Assembly (NCBI RefSeq): GCF_009914755.1
Contig: NC_060926.1
Length of the DNA stretch: 64,000 bases
Source: the human T2T-CHM13v2.0 reference genome, Homo sapiens
Strand: one strand, 5' to 3'
Part shown: in pieces, positions 18,430 through 33,791 of the stretch
How the letters are laid out: every line of letters begins with the position of its first letter
Position numbering within the stretch: position 1 is the stretch's first letter
Position numbers and translations under genes: made by a program
Notes under the pieces: generated by a model
Seen by the model: only the letters and a program-made list of their open reading frames with translations
The model's database searches: none
What the model was told of the DNA's origin: nothing

Positions 18430-21300
18430 TTAAGAGAATGAAATGATAAGCCATAGACTGAGAGGAAATATTGGCAAAACACACATCTGATAAAGGACTG
18501 GTATTCAAAAGATATAAATAATTCAACAATAAGAAAACAAATAACCTAGTTTTTAAAATGAGCAGAAGATCTGAACAGACACCTTACAAAGAAGATGCAA
18601 GAATGGTAAATAAGTATGTCAAAAGATGCTCAGCATCATTATCATTAGGGAAATGCAGAGTAAAACAACAGTGAGATACCACTACATGGCTATGGCGAAA
18701 TCCTGAAATCTGACACTACCAATTTTTTGTGAGAATACAGAGCAGTGGGAACTCTAATTCATTGATGGTTGCAATTCAAAATGGTACGGCTGCTTTGGAA
18801 GAGTCTGGCATTTTCCTGTAAAGCTAAGCTTAATCTTACCATATGATCCATCACTTGTGCTCTTAGATATTTATTTAACTGATTAAAAAACTTATTTCCA
18901 CACAAAAAATCTTCATACTTATTTTTATAGCAACTTTATTTATAATTGCTCAGAATTGGAAGCAGCTAAGATGTCCTTCCATAGATGAATGGATAAAGAA
19001 ACTGTGGCACATACGTATAATGAAATACCGTCCAGCAATAAAAAGGAATGAACTATTAAGCCACATGAAGACATGGATGAATCTTAAATACATACCGCTT
19101 AGTGAAAGTAGCCAATCTGAAAATATTACATACTGTGTGTTTCCAGTTATATGACATTCTGGAAAATGCAAAACTAGAGACAGTAAATAGATCACTGGTT
19201 GTCAGGGTTGAGGCACAGGTGAATAAATGAAACATGGGAGTTTTTTTAGAGCATTGAAATTATTCTGTGTGACACAGTAAAGTTCGATATGTAACACTGT
19301 TAAAACCCTTAGAACTTTATAGCAGAAAGAGTGAATCTTTAAAGTATGTATATTTTAAAAAATCATTTAGGAGTTGGGGTGATCCCAGGATGGAATGCAG
19401 ACTATGACAGGAGAATATAACTGTATTACAGATGTATGAACTTGTGATGTATGAAACAACCTCACTGAAAAGAGTAGGGGGAAAGGTGCTGGCTACCTAA
19501 CTTTGGAAATAAATAGCAACAATAAGACTAAAGGCAAAAGAAACTGTGTATAACCAGTGAATAAAAGTTTCCCCATGGCATCATGAGTTAACAATTCTGA
19601 AACCACTATACGTATATACTGAGGTTGAACAATTAAGTAAATGAATGGCAGATGATGAGAGCTGGATTTCTCGCCGTTGGAGTAAGAAGTTACAGATAAG
19701 GGGAGAAGGCTAGAATGATTCATGTGATAATAATGGATTAGAGTTGGAGACATTAGTATGAACTCATGTTTAGACAGCTCTAGATAAAGATGGAATTATA
19801 TATGTATAAATACAGGCATATGCATATGCATGAGTTAGTGTACAGACACGTAGTCCCTTCTTTTGTCAGCTGAAAGGGCCTAGAAGCAAGGACATCCCAG
19901 TAGAAATTGGAATGGGGAGTTATATTCCACCTCCTTGAGGGTAAAGGCACTATATAAAATATTTGGCATTCTTCTGCTTAGGAAACTTATCTGTGTTCCC
20001 TTGTTTATTTGTTCGTTCATTTATATTAGTATGTACTCATGGATATTTCCCAGGTACAAGCACACCCATTGCCCAGATCTTGGTTTCTTTTTTTTTTTAA
20101 TTATACTTTAAGTTTTAGGGTACATGTGCACAAAGTGCAGGTTAGTTACATACGAATACATGTGCCATGCTGGTGTGCTGCACCCATTAACTCATCATTT
20201 AGCATTAGGTATATCTCCTAATGCTATCCCTCCCCCCTCCCCCCTCCCCCCGATCTTGGTTTCTAATACAGTCCCCTCCTCCCTTGCTGAAAAGAGGAAC
20301 TAGGGTCCTTGGAGGCATGGTTGATTTTTAAGAACTGGGGCAGGGAACATGCAGGGTGGATCTGGTGTATCTCATAGGGCCAGAAAGTAGAGGGGTACTC
20401 AAAAACAAACAACCCCCACCCCCTCTAGTGATGATATGGGCTGGGGCTATGTCAAGGGGCACAGGAGTCAACTGAGAGTTTCCAGTGGCCAAAGCTGGAA
20501 CAATTTGAGCAACAAAGTAAAGTATAATGCATTATAACCCTGAGTATAAAAGAAATATCAATGAGTATATACTAGTATAAATGATTGAATAAATAAGGTA
20601 GCATAGAGAAGTTTCCTATGCAGAAGAATACCTAGTATTTTATGTAGAGCCTTTACCCTCAAGGAGGTGGAATATAACTCCCCACTCCTTAAGTGTGAGC
20701 TGCATGTAATGGCTTCTTGGTGTGGAAAGGGGGAAAAGAGTTATTTTACAGTAGAGAAACTTGGGAAACATCTTAACCAGGTGATCAAGGTCAGCATCAG
20801 CAGTGGTAATTCATGTTAATATTATGTACCCTTGATATGATGTGATGAGAATGATGCTTCTGTGATCTTCCTCTCTAAAATCGATAACCTTAGACTAATC
20901 ATGAGAAAAACATCAGACAAATCATAATTGAGGACTGTTATGCAAATACCTGGATACTACTCCTCAAAACTGTCAAGTTCATCAAAGCAAGGAAACAAGG
21001 AAAGTCTGAGAAACTGTCACAGTTTCTTCTTAGAAGAACATAAGGAGACATAACAACTAAATGTAATGTGGTATCCTGGGATGGAAAAAGGACATTGGAT
21101 AAAAATGAAGGAAGCCTGAAAAAAGTTGGACTTTAGTTAATTTGTCAATATTGTATCAATAAAAATTAATATATATTCATTAATTCTAACAGTCATACCA
21201 TGCTAATGTAAAGTTTAAGATGAAACTGTGGGGGGGAGGGTACATGTAGTATCTGCAAATCTAAAACTATTATAAAATGGGAAGATTATTTTTTAAAAAA
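18430..21300 (+). mobile_element. Old L1MC/MD-type 3' end with long 3'UTR
   Basis: Degenerate ORF2 C-terminus (atctgaacagacac, atcattagggaaatgca, atagatgaatggataaa) followed by a long 3'UTR and an A-rich end. Confidence 0.75.
20089..20251 (-). mobile_element. Very short (~160 bp) L1PA 3' end
   Basis: Antisense L1PA terminus (ttatactttaagttttagggtacatg); TSD gatcttggtttct at 20076-20088 and 20252-20264. Confidence 0.9.
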
Positions 21301-22542
21301 GAAAGCGAATACTCTATACACCAACTAAAAAAAGAGGAAAGCAAGAATGATAATAAAAATGATGACTAATTGAAGATAATACTGTAAATCCTTATCAAAA
21401 TTAATGATAGTGTGCAGTGGGAGTTTTGCAGTATTGGCACTTATCTGAGGGAAGTCAGACTTCTTAGCAGAAATCAGGGAACTCTGGTAGTGTACTTAGT
21501 TTATGAATAGTAACTCACCTGCTAGGTTAGTAGCAAGTACTTCTCAGTTGTTTTTAAAAATTAAATTGTGTTAAAAAATTTAAAATTTTCTATTAATGTA
21601 TGCAATAAAAATTCTCTGTGCCTGCCACTGGGCTGCAAACCAGCTACTTGTGTTTTGCAGTTGCTTATTCCTCTTTCAAATAAAAATGTATTTCACATGA
21701 TTTTGAGGGCACCGAATACATCATCCCTATATCATTTCCCCATCCTTCCATTCAGCCACAAAACCCACAAACATGAAAGCAAAACATGAAGCAAGAAGAT
21801 TTTTGATTGTTCTATAAATACTTATTTTAGTTTAAATTAATCTAATTAATTTATAAATATAAAGGTTAAGAAAGGCAAAGGCTATTTTGTAATTAAAGAT
21901 TAATTTTATATTAAAATAGGCTCTAACTATTTTTAACAAATATTAGAACAGGAAATTTTATGTAACAGTGTAAACTCTTGAAGTAGAACTGTGGTATTTG
22001 TGAATATGGAAGCTTTTCACTCTGATGATGTTAAATTAATGGTTGTAAAATAAGTAGATATTAAAGATAAAAATCATTTTGGAAAATGATTTTTTTAATT
22101 CCTTAGACTAGAAAATATTCCAGACGGAAACACCTTTATTACTTTAAATATTAGTTTTCATGACTCATCTTGGTAAGGCAAAGTACTTCAATTCTTTTGA
22201 GTTTCTATATTATAATTAACATACAGTAGAATTATTATATTAGTTAGCAATTGTTGTGTAACTAGCTGTCCCCCAAAATTTAGTGATTTAAAAAAACAAC
22301 CCCTAGTTAGTTTTCATCAGTCAATGAGAAGACTCAGTGGTTCTGTTGTGAACCAAACTTTTCTGGAGAAGGCTTAGCTGATCTCATCACCCACAGACCC
22401 ATGGGCTGAATTGTGGGTCTGTGATCTGCTGATTGGTTAACAGGGGACTGCCATGAGCTGGTGAGACAACTTATGTGTGTTCCATTTGGTCTCTCCTCCT
22501 CTGGCAAGGTAGCCCACCTTGACTTATTCTCATGGAGATGGT

Positions 22543-22665
22543 AGAGTTGAGAGAGTGAGAGCAAGAGAGAGAAACTATGCAAGGTGGAGTTGAGAGTGAG
22601 AGCAAGAGAGAGAAACTGTGCAAGGTGGAGTTGAGAGTGAGAGCAAGAGAGAGAAACTATGCAAG
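22543..22665 (+). repeat. 41-bp tandem repeat, 3 copies
   Basis: gcaagagagagaaact(a/g)tgcaag recurs at 22561, 22602 and 22643. Confidence 0.95.
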
Positions 22666-22722
22666 ATCACCTGAGGCCTAGTTTTGGAAGGCATATTGTT
22701 GTTTTTGCCACATTCTCTCTCC

Positions 22723-23029
22723 TTTTTTTTTTTTTTTTTTTTGAGATGGAGTCTCACTCATTCTGTCACCCAGGCTGTAGTATGGTGGTGTGATCTTGGC
22801 TCACTGTAGCCTCCGCCTCCCAAGTTCAAGTGATTCTCTTGTCTCAGCCTCCTGAGTAGCTGGGATTACAGGCACGCATCACCACACCCAGCCAATTTTT
22901 GTATTTTTAGTAGAGATGGGGTTTTGCCATGTTGTCCAGGCTGGTCTTGAGCTCCTGGCCTCAGGCAATCCACCTGCCTCGGCCTCCCAAAAGTGCTGAG
23001 ATTATAGGTGTGAGCCACTGCGCCCATCC
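22723..23029 (-). mobile_element. AluS
   Basis: Full antisense dimer, TSD ccacattctct. Confidence 0.9.
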
Positions 23030-24690
23030 TCCACATTCTCTTCATTAAAACAAGTCAAGGCCAGCTGATATTCAAGGAGTGGGGAAATAAACTCTCTCTT
23101 GATGGGAGGAATTACAGTATCACATTGTGAAGAGCATGGATACAGGGAGGAGTGGAGAATTGGGGCCATCTTGCGGTCATTTGGCTAAGTGTAATAGCAT
23201 TCAGAAGAATCAGCTGCTTCATTCAGATAGATTCTTTTCTGTTCATGTAAAACCAAACAGATAAATTAACTATTGCTTTAGTTATCTTTTTTGTATTTAT
23301 TGTAATAATATCAATTATGGTAAATTAAGTAGTACTTTTGTTCTAAAAGGGCAAATGTGAATTTTATACAGAAACCCTTTGAATTTGAATTGAACTGAAA
23401 GTTAAAGTAGAACTTAAGAATTCCAGGGTTATTTGGTAGCAAGAATATTTTCATTATTAGTCTCTAGTAACACTTGGATTTGTCATCTTTGACTATTACT
23501 CTATCAGTTTTGCATCTTTTATTCATTTAATTTACCTAGATTGTAAATCATTGTAATTTTTTCATTGCCTCAATTTGCATGGCACATCATTTAGATTTTT
23601 TTTTTAGTGTGGAAAATATGTGCAGATATTGATGTGTGCATTAAGTACCTTTATTATAATACTTGTTACAGAATATACCAAGTTACTCATTTAGAGTAGG
23701 GGTTTTTAAAAGAAACCTTTTTATTGAAATATACTCATAATGCATGTTTCAGGATTTTAGAGCTCTTTGAGTTTTAACAAACAGATTGTGACTGTATAAC
23801 TGAATCCAGATTGAGAAACCAGCATCCAAATTGAGAAATAAAAATTACTAGCATCCCATAAGCTCCCTTCATGGTCTCTTTCTGTCACTGCTTCTTCCAA
23901 GAGTAACCAGTATCATTACTTGTGACTCTGTATATTAGTTTTTCATGCTTTTGTTCTTTAACAATTTACATACAGTATGTACTTTTTTGGGGCCTGTCTT
24001 CTTTCAGAATAGGTTATTTATTTTTTCATATCTCACAGATAAGTGAGAAACTATAATCACATTTAAATACAGCATTTAATTTGGACACAGATCCTTTTTA
24101 AATCTTACTAAAAATGTCAGAATTTGGTACTGGAATGATAGAATCAACCATATATTACCAATAACATTTTAATTCAACATAGGATATAAAAAGCTGTGAC
24201 TTTTCCTCCTCTTTTCAGAAATAAACCATGATCTTAGTTTCTTGAAGAAAAAAAGGGACATTGGTGTCTGTAATTTTTAAAGTCAGATTTCAAATAAAAA
24301 GTACTCTGCATGAAAATGAGTTCACCTATTTTATTTTCATGCCATTGGTACTGTATCACTATTGAAGATTGTCATTGAAGTTTCTTTTAAAAACTAGAAA
24401 AGATGACTTAGCAGCATCTTGGATAATGTATTTTGGCATCAGGGTTTCCTTGAGGTTTTCAAGTCGATTGTACCAAGACTTATTAAAAAAAAAAAAGATC
24501 TTTATGTGTGAGATAGGGTCAATGAAATTGTATTTCTTTGGCACTTAACACGAGACTGAGTTATTTCACTGTACTTTGTCAGGTATCTCTGTGTTCTCCT
24601 TTGCACTTGAGAGCAGACAATTTCTTTTTTCTGCATGGTTTTCTCTTCTCTTTTCTCCCTAAGACCCAAAGTAGTCTCATATCAACTCTT

Positions 24691-25011
<321 letters not shown>

Positions 25012-26112
25012 TAATGGCTTCTGGTACTTTTTTCTTTTGAAATCTTCTTTTCATTTTGACCTACTAGTGTATTTTCCTAGACATTGTGATTTTTGGTTTG
25101 ATTCTATTCAGGTACTGTTTTTGTTTTTGTTTTTGTTTGCTAATTTCTTTGTGGCATCTTTTTATTTCCATTAATACTAGGCATTACCCAAAGTTCTATT
25201 TTAGGTTACTGTCCCTTTTCCTCTCAGTCATTCTTCATAAGTATCAGATGTGTGTATATCTGCATGAATTCTTATTTTAAAATATCTAAACTTGACTTTT
25301 TTCTCATTTCTGACGTGTATTTTTACATATTTACTTAGATGTGCCTCCATCTTTTAAACATTTCATAAAGCACTTCTGCTTCCCTGTTCTTCCCAGTCTC
25401 TTCCACCTATTTCTTTGTCACCAGTGGCAGCATCACTTATCTTCGTGAATTTAAGTGTCTTTATCTGTAAATAATTATTAACTCAATATTTTATTTTTTG
25501 CTATTAGTAACATTATATCACCAGAGGATTACTGCTATTTTTGATGAGTTCTGCTTTATTCATATATAATATGGTCATATCTTTATGATTTCCCTACATT
25601 AAAAAACATATTGATAGCTACTATTTCTGAGATATAATCACTAGAATTGAGAGTGAGAAAGAAATAGTTTTTTTCTCTTTTATATTCTAGTAAATACTAC
25701 CATATTTTCCCAAGAGCTGTCATGTTGTTGTGAATAACCCCTTAGGTGCCTCAAGGAAAGTTAAAACAAACATCTCCCTTCTTTCTGTAACATGTTATTT
25801 TAAAATATTTCTCTTTTGATACAAATATCTTTGCCTCTATGTTTTCTGTATCTATTTTATATTTGAATGATACAACATTAGAAGTGTATTTAACCATATT
25901 TTAGTTTAAATCTTTCATTATTAAAGTCTTTGCATTATTTTATCTGTCTAAATATTTTACTTGAGTAAGGTTATTTTTTCCACAGTTTTATTACTGTATA
26001 CTTTATTGATATTGAAGCTAAAAATTGTTTGAACTTGATTTTTCTCTCACACTTTCATTGAAGAGAGATTTTCCTCCTAAGGAATTAAAGAGATGTAACT
26101 TTTTTCCCTCAG

Positions 26113-26262
26113 ATTCTCCTGAGAATGATATTCCTATGGAGATCACCACGGCAGAACCACAGGTTTCCGAGGCAGTATATGACTGTGTTATTTGTGGACA
26201 GAGTGGCCCCTCCTCTGAAGATCGACCTACTGGATTAGTTGTACTGTTACAAGCATCCTCAG
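26113..26262 (+). CDS. UBR3: UBR3 internal coding exon (150 nt, phase 1-1): DSPENDIPMEITTAEPQVSEAVYDCVICGQSGPSSEDRPTGLVVLLQASS; first CxxC of the RING region
   Basis: Acceptor tttttccctcag, donor AG|gtaaaa; open frame; splices in frame to the next exon (G+TT=Val); peptide recognised as UBR3 from memory. Confidence 0.93.
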
Positions 26263-26574
26263 GTAAAATCAAAGTAATTTTTTCATGGGAACATTTTAGA
26301 GCTGAAGTATATACAACAGATTAATAAATATCTGTATTAAATGAAAATTATATCTTTGTCTACTTATAACTAGGCAAGGGTCAGTTTAGATCCAAATAAC
26401 AAAGATTCTTTATCGGTTATATCTTACTTTCCTGGACATGAGTGTTAGAAGAAACTCCTAACAGAGATCTTGCTGTATGGTTTCACAATTTTTTTCTTTA
26501 AAGTGTGATGGTATATTACCAATGCTAGGTGGCCAATAACTGCGTTCAGCTTTCTTGGTAATTATAATTGTTCT

Positions 26575-26920
<346 letters not shown>

Positions 26921-27990
26921 TTAGCCCATAAATATTGTCAGTTTTTAATTACACAAGGCATATTTAGACAGCTCTGCCTTTATTTGTTCAAACAGTCTGT
27001 GAATTGGTATGTTTAGCAGTCTATAGTTTTAAACTATATAATTTTATTATAAATTATAAATATAATTTTAAAAGTTTGAAGGATTTGTCTGAATGGTGTC
27101 CATTGTCTTCCATAATGAAGTATTTTTGAGGGTAGTGATAATTCTTGTACAATCTAGTCACAATAAATTTAATCCTTTTCCAACAAGAGTATGTGTAAAA
27201 TAAAGAGAAAAAAAATTCTTACATATTTCTCCAGAGGATTATTTTCTAGGGTGTTAACTCTCTGAATTAGTAGGGTAAAGTGGAAAGAGTTAGATATTAG
27301 AAACTCCCCTGAATTCAAATATGGTATTGGTTTACTTACTGTGGCCAAATATGTTTTTTTCTTTTATGTAGAGAGCTCATATTGACTTTAGAGGATTTTT
27401 GTATTGGTTAAGCAATGTAATATAAACAAAAAGAATCCAATATGATGCCTAGTAAATTCGTTTCTTCTGTTACTCTTCTTGCCTAAAATGAATTGATTTG
27501 GGAAATCTTGATTTAGTGGGACATTGAAGTAGAGCTGTCCAAATCAGAAATGCTTACTGAAAGGGAAATGTGTGGAAGTATTAACTACTTTTACAGCTAC
27601 TTTTCCTTTTTACTACTCTTAGGAAAGCAGTTTATTAGATTATTGCCAATTGACTTTCAACTTCGTGATTAAATACTATATAGTTATCAATGTAATGATT
27701 TGTTTTATTCATTAATTTATTTCATAGATATTTATTGAGCTCCTAGGTGTCAGGCACTGTTCTAGTAAGAGACAAAACAAAATCCCTGCTCCAGTGAAAC
27801 TTATGTTCTTGTTTTAAGCTTTTATTTGTTCATTATTTTATGTTTTTAAGTTTATTTGGTCTGTTACTTTTTAAAGTCTCTTTTAAACAATTGTATATGC
27901 TAGCTAGACCAATAAATATTAAACAATTCCACTATACTGTAGCTGCCTTATCCCTTAGAGATAGAAGGAAAAAAATAAGAAACTAATATT

Positions 27991-28285
27991 GCCAGGACAC
28001 AGTGGTTCACGCCTGTAATTCCAGCATTTTGGGAAGCCAAGGTGGGAGGATTGCTTGAGTCTAGGAGTTCAAGACCAGCCTGGGCAACACAGTAAGACCC
28101 TGTCTCTACAAAAAGTAAAATTAGACAGGTGTGGTGATGTGCACCTGTGGTCCCAGCTACTCAAGAGGCCAAGGTGGGAGGATTGCCTGAGCCCAAGAGG
28201 TCGAGGTTGCAGTGAGCTGAGATTGCACTCTAGCCTGCGTGATAGAGTAAGACCCTATCTTTAAAAAAATTAAAAAAGAAAAAAA
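27991..28285 (+). mobile_element. AluJ
   Basis: ggaggattgcttgag J-type motifs, A tail. Confidence 0.88.
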
Positions 28286-30184
28286 GAAACTGACATTAAA
28301 GAGTATTAAAACTCAGGAATAATTTTAGTATAATAGGTGAATTCTCTAGCTGTTTCCTTCTTTACCATCTAAGCCTTATCCACCCATTGATACTTTCCCC
28401 CTTTTACCCCTTTTTTCTCTGGGCTGCTTTATTTTGATTCATTTCTTCTCTTTTAGATTTGAATATGGAAAATTTTTAACAGTATGCTAAGGAGATGTGC
28501 AAAGTGAACCCCCATGTCCCCATCTATCTTCAACAGTGATTAATTTCTGGCTAATTTTATTTCATTTGTTCCCTCCTTATTAGAATTATTTCGAAGCAGA
28601 TTTTAGACATCATATAATTTCATCTGTAAAAAATTCAGTGTTTCTGTTAAAAAGAAAGGTCTTGTTTTTTAAACATAACCACAGTCAGTCCTAAATAAAT
28701 TCTTCAGTATCATCAAACATCTAGTCAGTGTTTAAAATTTTCCCATTGTCTCTATTTATTTATTTATTTTGCTTAATTTATTTATAGTTGCAGTATTCCT
28801 TTGTGGTCTTTTAATTAATAGATCCACTCTCCCTCTATCTTTACCCCCTCCTCCCATCATTTTACTTTTTTAAAGAAATTGGATCATTGAAAACCAATTT
28901 GGATTTTTCAGAATGTTGCTGTGATGTTTAACATATTCCTCTGTTCCCTCTGTTTTCTCTCTGTGAGATTAGTAGGAAGTGATGATTACTGCCTAAATCC
29001 ATCAGTTGATCAGAGATTACAAATCTCTTTCATGTTTTTTGTTGTTGTTTATTAGCTGACATATACTTCTATAAAAGAAATTTCACTTCATCACCTATTT
29101 TTTGTTGCTCTGAGATACAGATTACACAGGAAAGGCAGGGTAGACATAGTATTCTTTCCTTTTATTTACAGGTGCTCAAAATATTGAGATAGTGGGGTTT
29201 AAAAATCATTTTCTAAAGATAATTAGTACTTTCAGGTATCATTAGTGAACTGTTTTTAATCATTATGAACTCTATTAATAACTCTATAGTTACTTTCTTG
29301 TTGATGCTCGTGTTCTTCCATCTTTGTTCACTGAGAGCTTATTCGAGTTGTCTCCTGAGTTCTTTTGATACAAGGCTAGAGTAGTAAGTAGCCTTGGGTC
29401 TTTCTACATTTTTTGGTGTGGCAAGTTACAATAAATTTATCTTACACATTTCCTGCCCTGAAATCAGCAATCTCTCAAAGAAGCATTAGTTCCTTTTTAG
29501 TGGGAAATGGTATTTAGAGACAAAAGTCTGGATGCTAGGTGTGCTTATTGTTCTAGATCTTTTTAGTGTTCACTGATACTTTATTGCCATGTTCTTCAAA
29601 CCATGTATTAAAGAAAAGTCTCATGCTTTTAACTCTTTATTTTTATATTTGATTTATGCTAAATTACAGACTTTTGATTAGGAACCCTTCAAAACACTGC
29701 TTAATTAAGGGCCTTTAAGTACATTTATCTACATGGAAAGATATTAATTTATGTGCCATCTCATTATTGCTCAGAATGCCTGTTGTAAACATTACTGATT
29801 TGGGGAGCTTCAGTTCTCCATAGGAGAATAATACAATATTATATAGTCTTTTCATTTTACTAAACCCTACAATCTTTGCAAAGATTCAGAAAGTCCAAAG
29901 TTGCAAAGATTCAGAAAGAGCAGTTAGTTTTCATAGCACTTCAAAAATATATATAATAAAAGAAAGTAAATCCGGAAAGAACTGTATATCTAGATTTGTA
30001 AACCAAATAATAATGTTCTTGTTTGTGGAAGAGTGTAGGCATTGAGATAGAAACACAAAGGGAAGGGGGATGGAGGAGTTTTTGTATATTTCTGAAATGA
30101 AGTAGATATTTATTTAAATTTGATTGTTACAAAGTGAAGATGTTAATTCTAATCCCTGGGGTAAACACTATAAAAAAAAGTTAT

Positions 30185-30185
<1 letters not shown>

Positions 30186-30217
<32 letters not shown>
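30186..30217 (+). repeat. (CA)n microsatellite
   Basis: Read directly from sequence. Confidence 0.95.
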
Positions 30218-30992
30218 TAAAAGAAAAGAGAAGGGAATCAAAATTTTATACCAGAAAATTCAATTAATTACAGAAGAAGGCAGTAATCAATTAAAGAAGA
30301 AATAGAAAACAAATAGCAAAAAGGAAGAATTAATTTTTTTTTTAAAGTTAGTAATTACTTAAAATATAAATGCATTAAACTGCCCAGGTAAAAGGCAGAG
30401 GTTGACAGAATGAATTTTTAAAAATGTGATGCTACAAGAGATTCACTTTAGATCCAGAGACACAATAAGTTGAAAGTGAAAGGATGGGAAAAGATTCCAT
30501 GCAAATAGTAACCAAAAGAGAGCTGGGGTGGTTATAGTATGAGACAAAATAAACTGTAAGTTAAGAATTGTTACAAGAGACAAAGAAGGAGATTATATAT
30601 TGATAAACAGCCAATCCATCATGAAGGTATTATAAACATATATGCTCCAAACAACAGAGCCCCCAATGTAGGAAGCAAAAATGGACAGAATTGAAGGGAG
30701 AAATAGATACTTCTAAAATAATAATTGGAGACTTTATAGAACAACTAGACAGAAGATCAGAAAGGAAACTGAATACTTGAGCAACACTGTAAAACAACCA
30801 GACCTAACAGACTTATATAGAACACTCCACCCAATAACAGTGGAATGTATATTTTTCTCAATGGTATATGGAACATTATCCTAGGTAGACCATATGTTAG
30901 GCCACAAAACAAGCCTCAATAACATTTTAAAAGATTGAAATTATTCAAAAAATTGTCTGTGGTCATAATGGAATGAAACTAGCTATGAATAA

Positions 30993-31350
<358 letters not shown>

Positions 31351-32205
31351 TAAAACAACATACTCTTAAACAACCAATGGGCCAAAGAATAAATTACAAA
31401 TGAAATTAGAAAACACTTTGAGGTGAAGGAAAATGAAAATGCAACATACCCAAACCTTTAGAATGCAGTGAAAATGGGGAAATTTACAGCTGTAAATGCA
31501 TACATTAAAAAAGATTCAAATAACTAAAATCAGAAATGAAATTATTGACTTTACTACAGACCTCACGGAAATAGAAAGGATTATAGGAGAATACTATGAC
31601 CAATTTATGCCAAAAAATTAGATGACATGGATTAAATGAATGATTTCCTACAAATATACAAACTACCAAATGGACCCAAGAAGTAATAAAAAGTTTGAAC
31701 ATATTAATAACAAAAAGATTGATTCAGTAATTTTTAAAAATCTGACAGTGAAAAGGACTGGACCAGATGGCTTCACTGGTGAATTCTATCAGTCATTTAA
31801 AGAATTAACACCAATGCTTCTCAAACTTGTCCAAAAAATAGAGGAGTGAACACTTCCCAACTTATTCAGAGGCTAGCATTCTATGAGGCTAGCTTTGATA
31901 CCAAAGCCAGATAAACACAGGAAAACAGTAGACCAATATCCCTTATGAGTATACATGCAAAAATTCTCAACAAAATTCTAGCAAACTGAATGCAGCAGCA
32001 TATTAAGAGGATTATGCATCATGGTAATTATATTTTAGCTGGTAGCATCTACCAGCTTTTGTCTCTTATTTCTGTTGCTGTTATAAATCCTTGCAAAACT
32101 TAAGGCCCGCAGTGATAAACCTATTATTCCCTTTTTTAAGAGCAGCTCTTCTGATGCACACATCATGACATTTTATCTGTAAATACTTTAGAATATAACT
32201 CCTAA

Positions 32206-32530
<325 letters not shown>

Positions 32531-33791
32531 AAGGATATTCTTTTACATAATTATGGTACCATTATCATTCCTAAGAAATGTAACATTAGTAACATCAAAT
32601 ACTGTTTATATTCAGATTCTCTCAGTTGTCCCTGCAATATTTTTTGTTTCTTATTTACTTGATAAATAAAAATTGTACATATTTATGGGGTACATAAATG
32701 TGATATGATATTTTGACATGTATACATTGTGGAATGATTAAGTCAAGCTAATTAATGTATATACCACTTTACCATTAGGCTGATTAACATATACACATAT
32801 ACACTTATATCATTTTTTGTGGTCAGAGTCAGTAATATTTTTATAGCAGATATTTCTTGATCCACAATCGAATAAAAGATCATGTATTGTTTTTCATTAT
32901 CATTTCTTGTTAGTCTCCTGTAATTTAGAACAGTTTCTCTAGCCCCTTTTTAAAGTTTCAGAGTCCAAGTTGGTTGTTCCATAGAATATCTCAGAGTCTG
33001 GATTTGTGTGATTATTTCCTTGTTACTAGATTGAAGTTAAACAGTTTTGGCAAGGGTATTATACAGGTGATGTTCCTTCCAACAGCATTACATCAGGAGG
33101 TTCACTGTGTCAATTTGTCCTATTGTGGGTGGTGCCAACTAAGTTTGATCCCTTGGGTAAGGTAGTAGGTAATCTATAGGATGATACGTTAAGACTCTAC
33201 TCACCCTTTTACCCTTTTATTTGATTTTCCTTGCCTGGGTCAGTGAACGTATTGTATTATCTATTACTATTATTATTCTTTTTAATATTCAACTTTTCTC
33301 AGATTTTACCAGAACTCCAGGTCTTTATAAATCTGCTCCCTCAGTGTTTGAACACTTCCTTGCTCTTTTTAATCACACATCCTTCCGGGCTCACCTTGCA
33401 CTTTTCCCCAACCCCGGACTCAGCTCTTTCTCCAAGGATCTCTTCTTCCTTTTAGTGAGAAATAGTATATTTAGAAATAAAGTTTGTGAATACTGGAGAG
33501 TTATATCATGTAGGCTTTTTCAGTGGACAGATTTAGGAACCCATCCATCCATCCATCTTGAGTTTATAATCATAGTTCAGTGTTAATTTTTTAAAGTAAA
33601 TATTGGCATATGTGAAGCTTTATTTAGCCTGTAGGAGAAAACTAGAATACCACTTTTTTGAGGGGTCTTTAAAAATATTCTAATAGTGAAATAATTCGAG
33701 TTGCTTGTGGTAAATAACTCAGCTTTTCTTGGAGTTACAGGTCTATGGCACTGATTATTTTTGATTAATGAGCTTTTATCTGTTAATGTAG

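Larger units (their letters stand above)
22250..23180. mobile_element. Old MLT1-type LTR interrupted by an Alu and a tandem repeat
   Basis: ttgtgtaac..ccccaaaatttagtgatttaaa and ggccagctgatattcaagg..ggggaaata..ctcttgatgggagga motifs. Confidence 0.6.

Noticed and set aside
22543-22665. CRISPR-like array
   Set aside because: Head-to-tail units with no unique spacers, in a eukaryotic intron
26025-26112. In-frame upstream extension of the first UBR3 exon
   Set aside because: No convincing upstream acceptor; the strong acceptor is at 26111-26112
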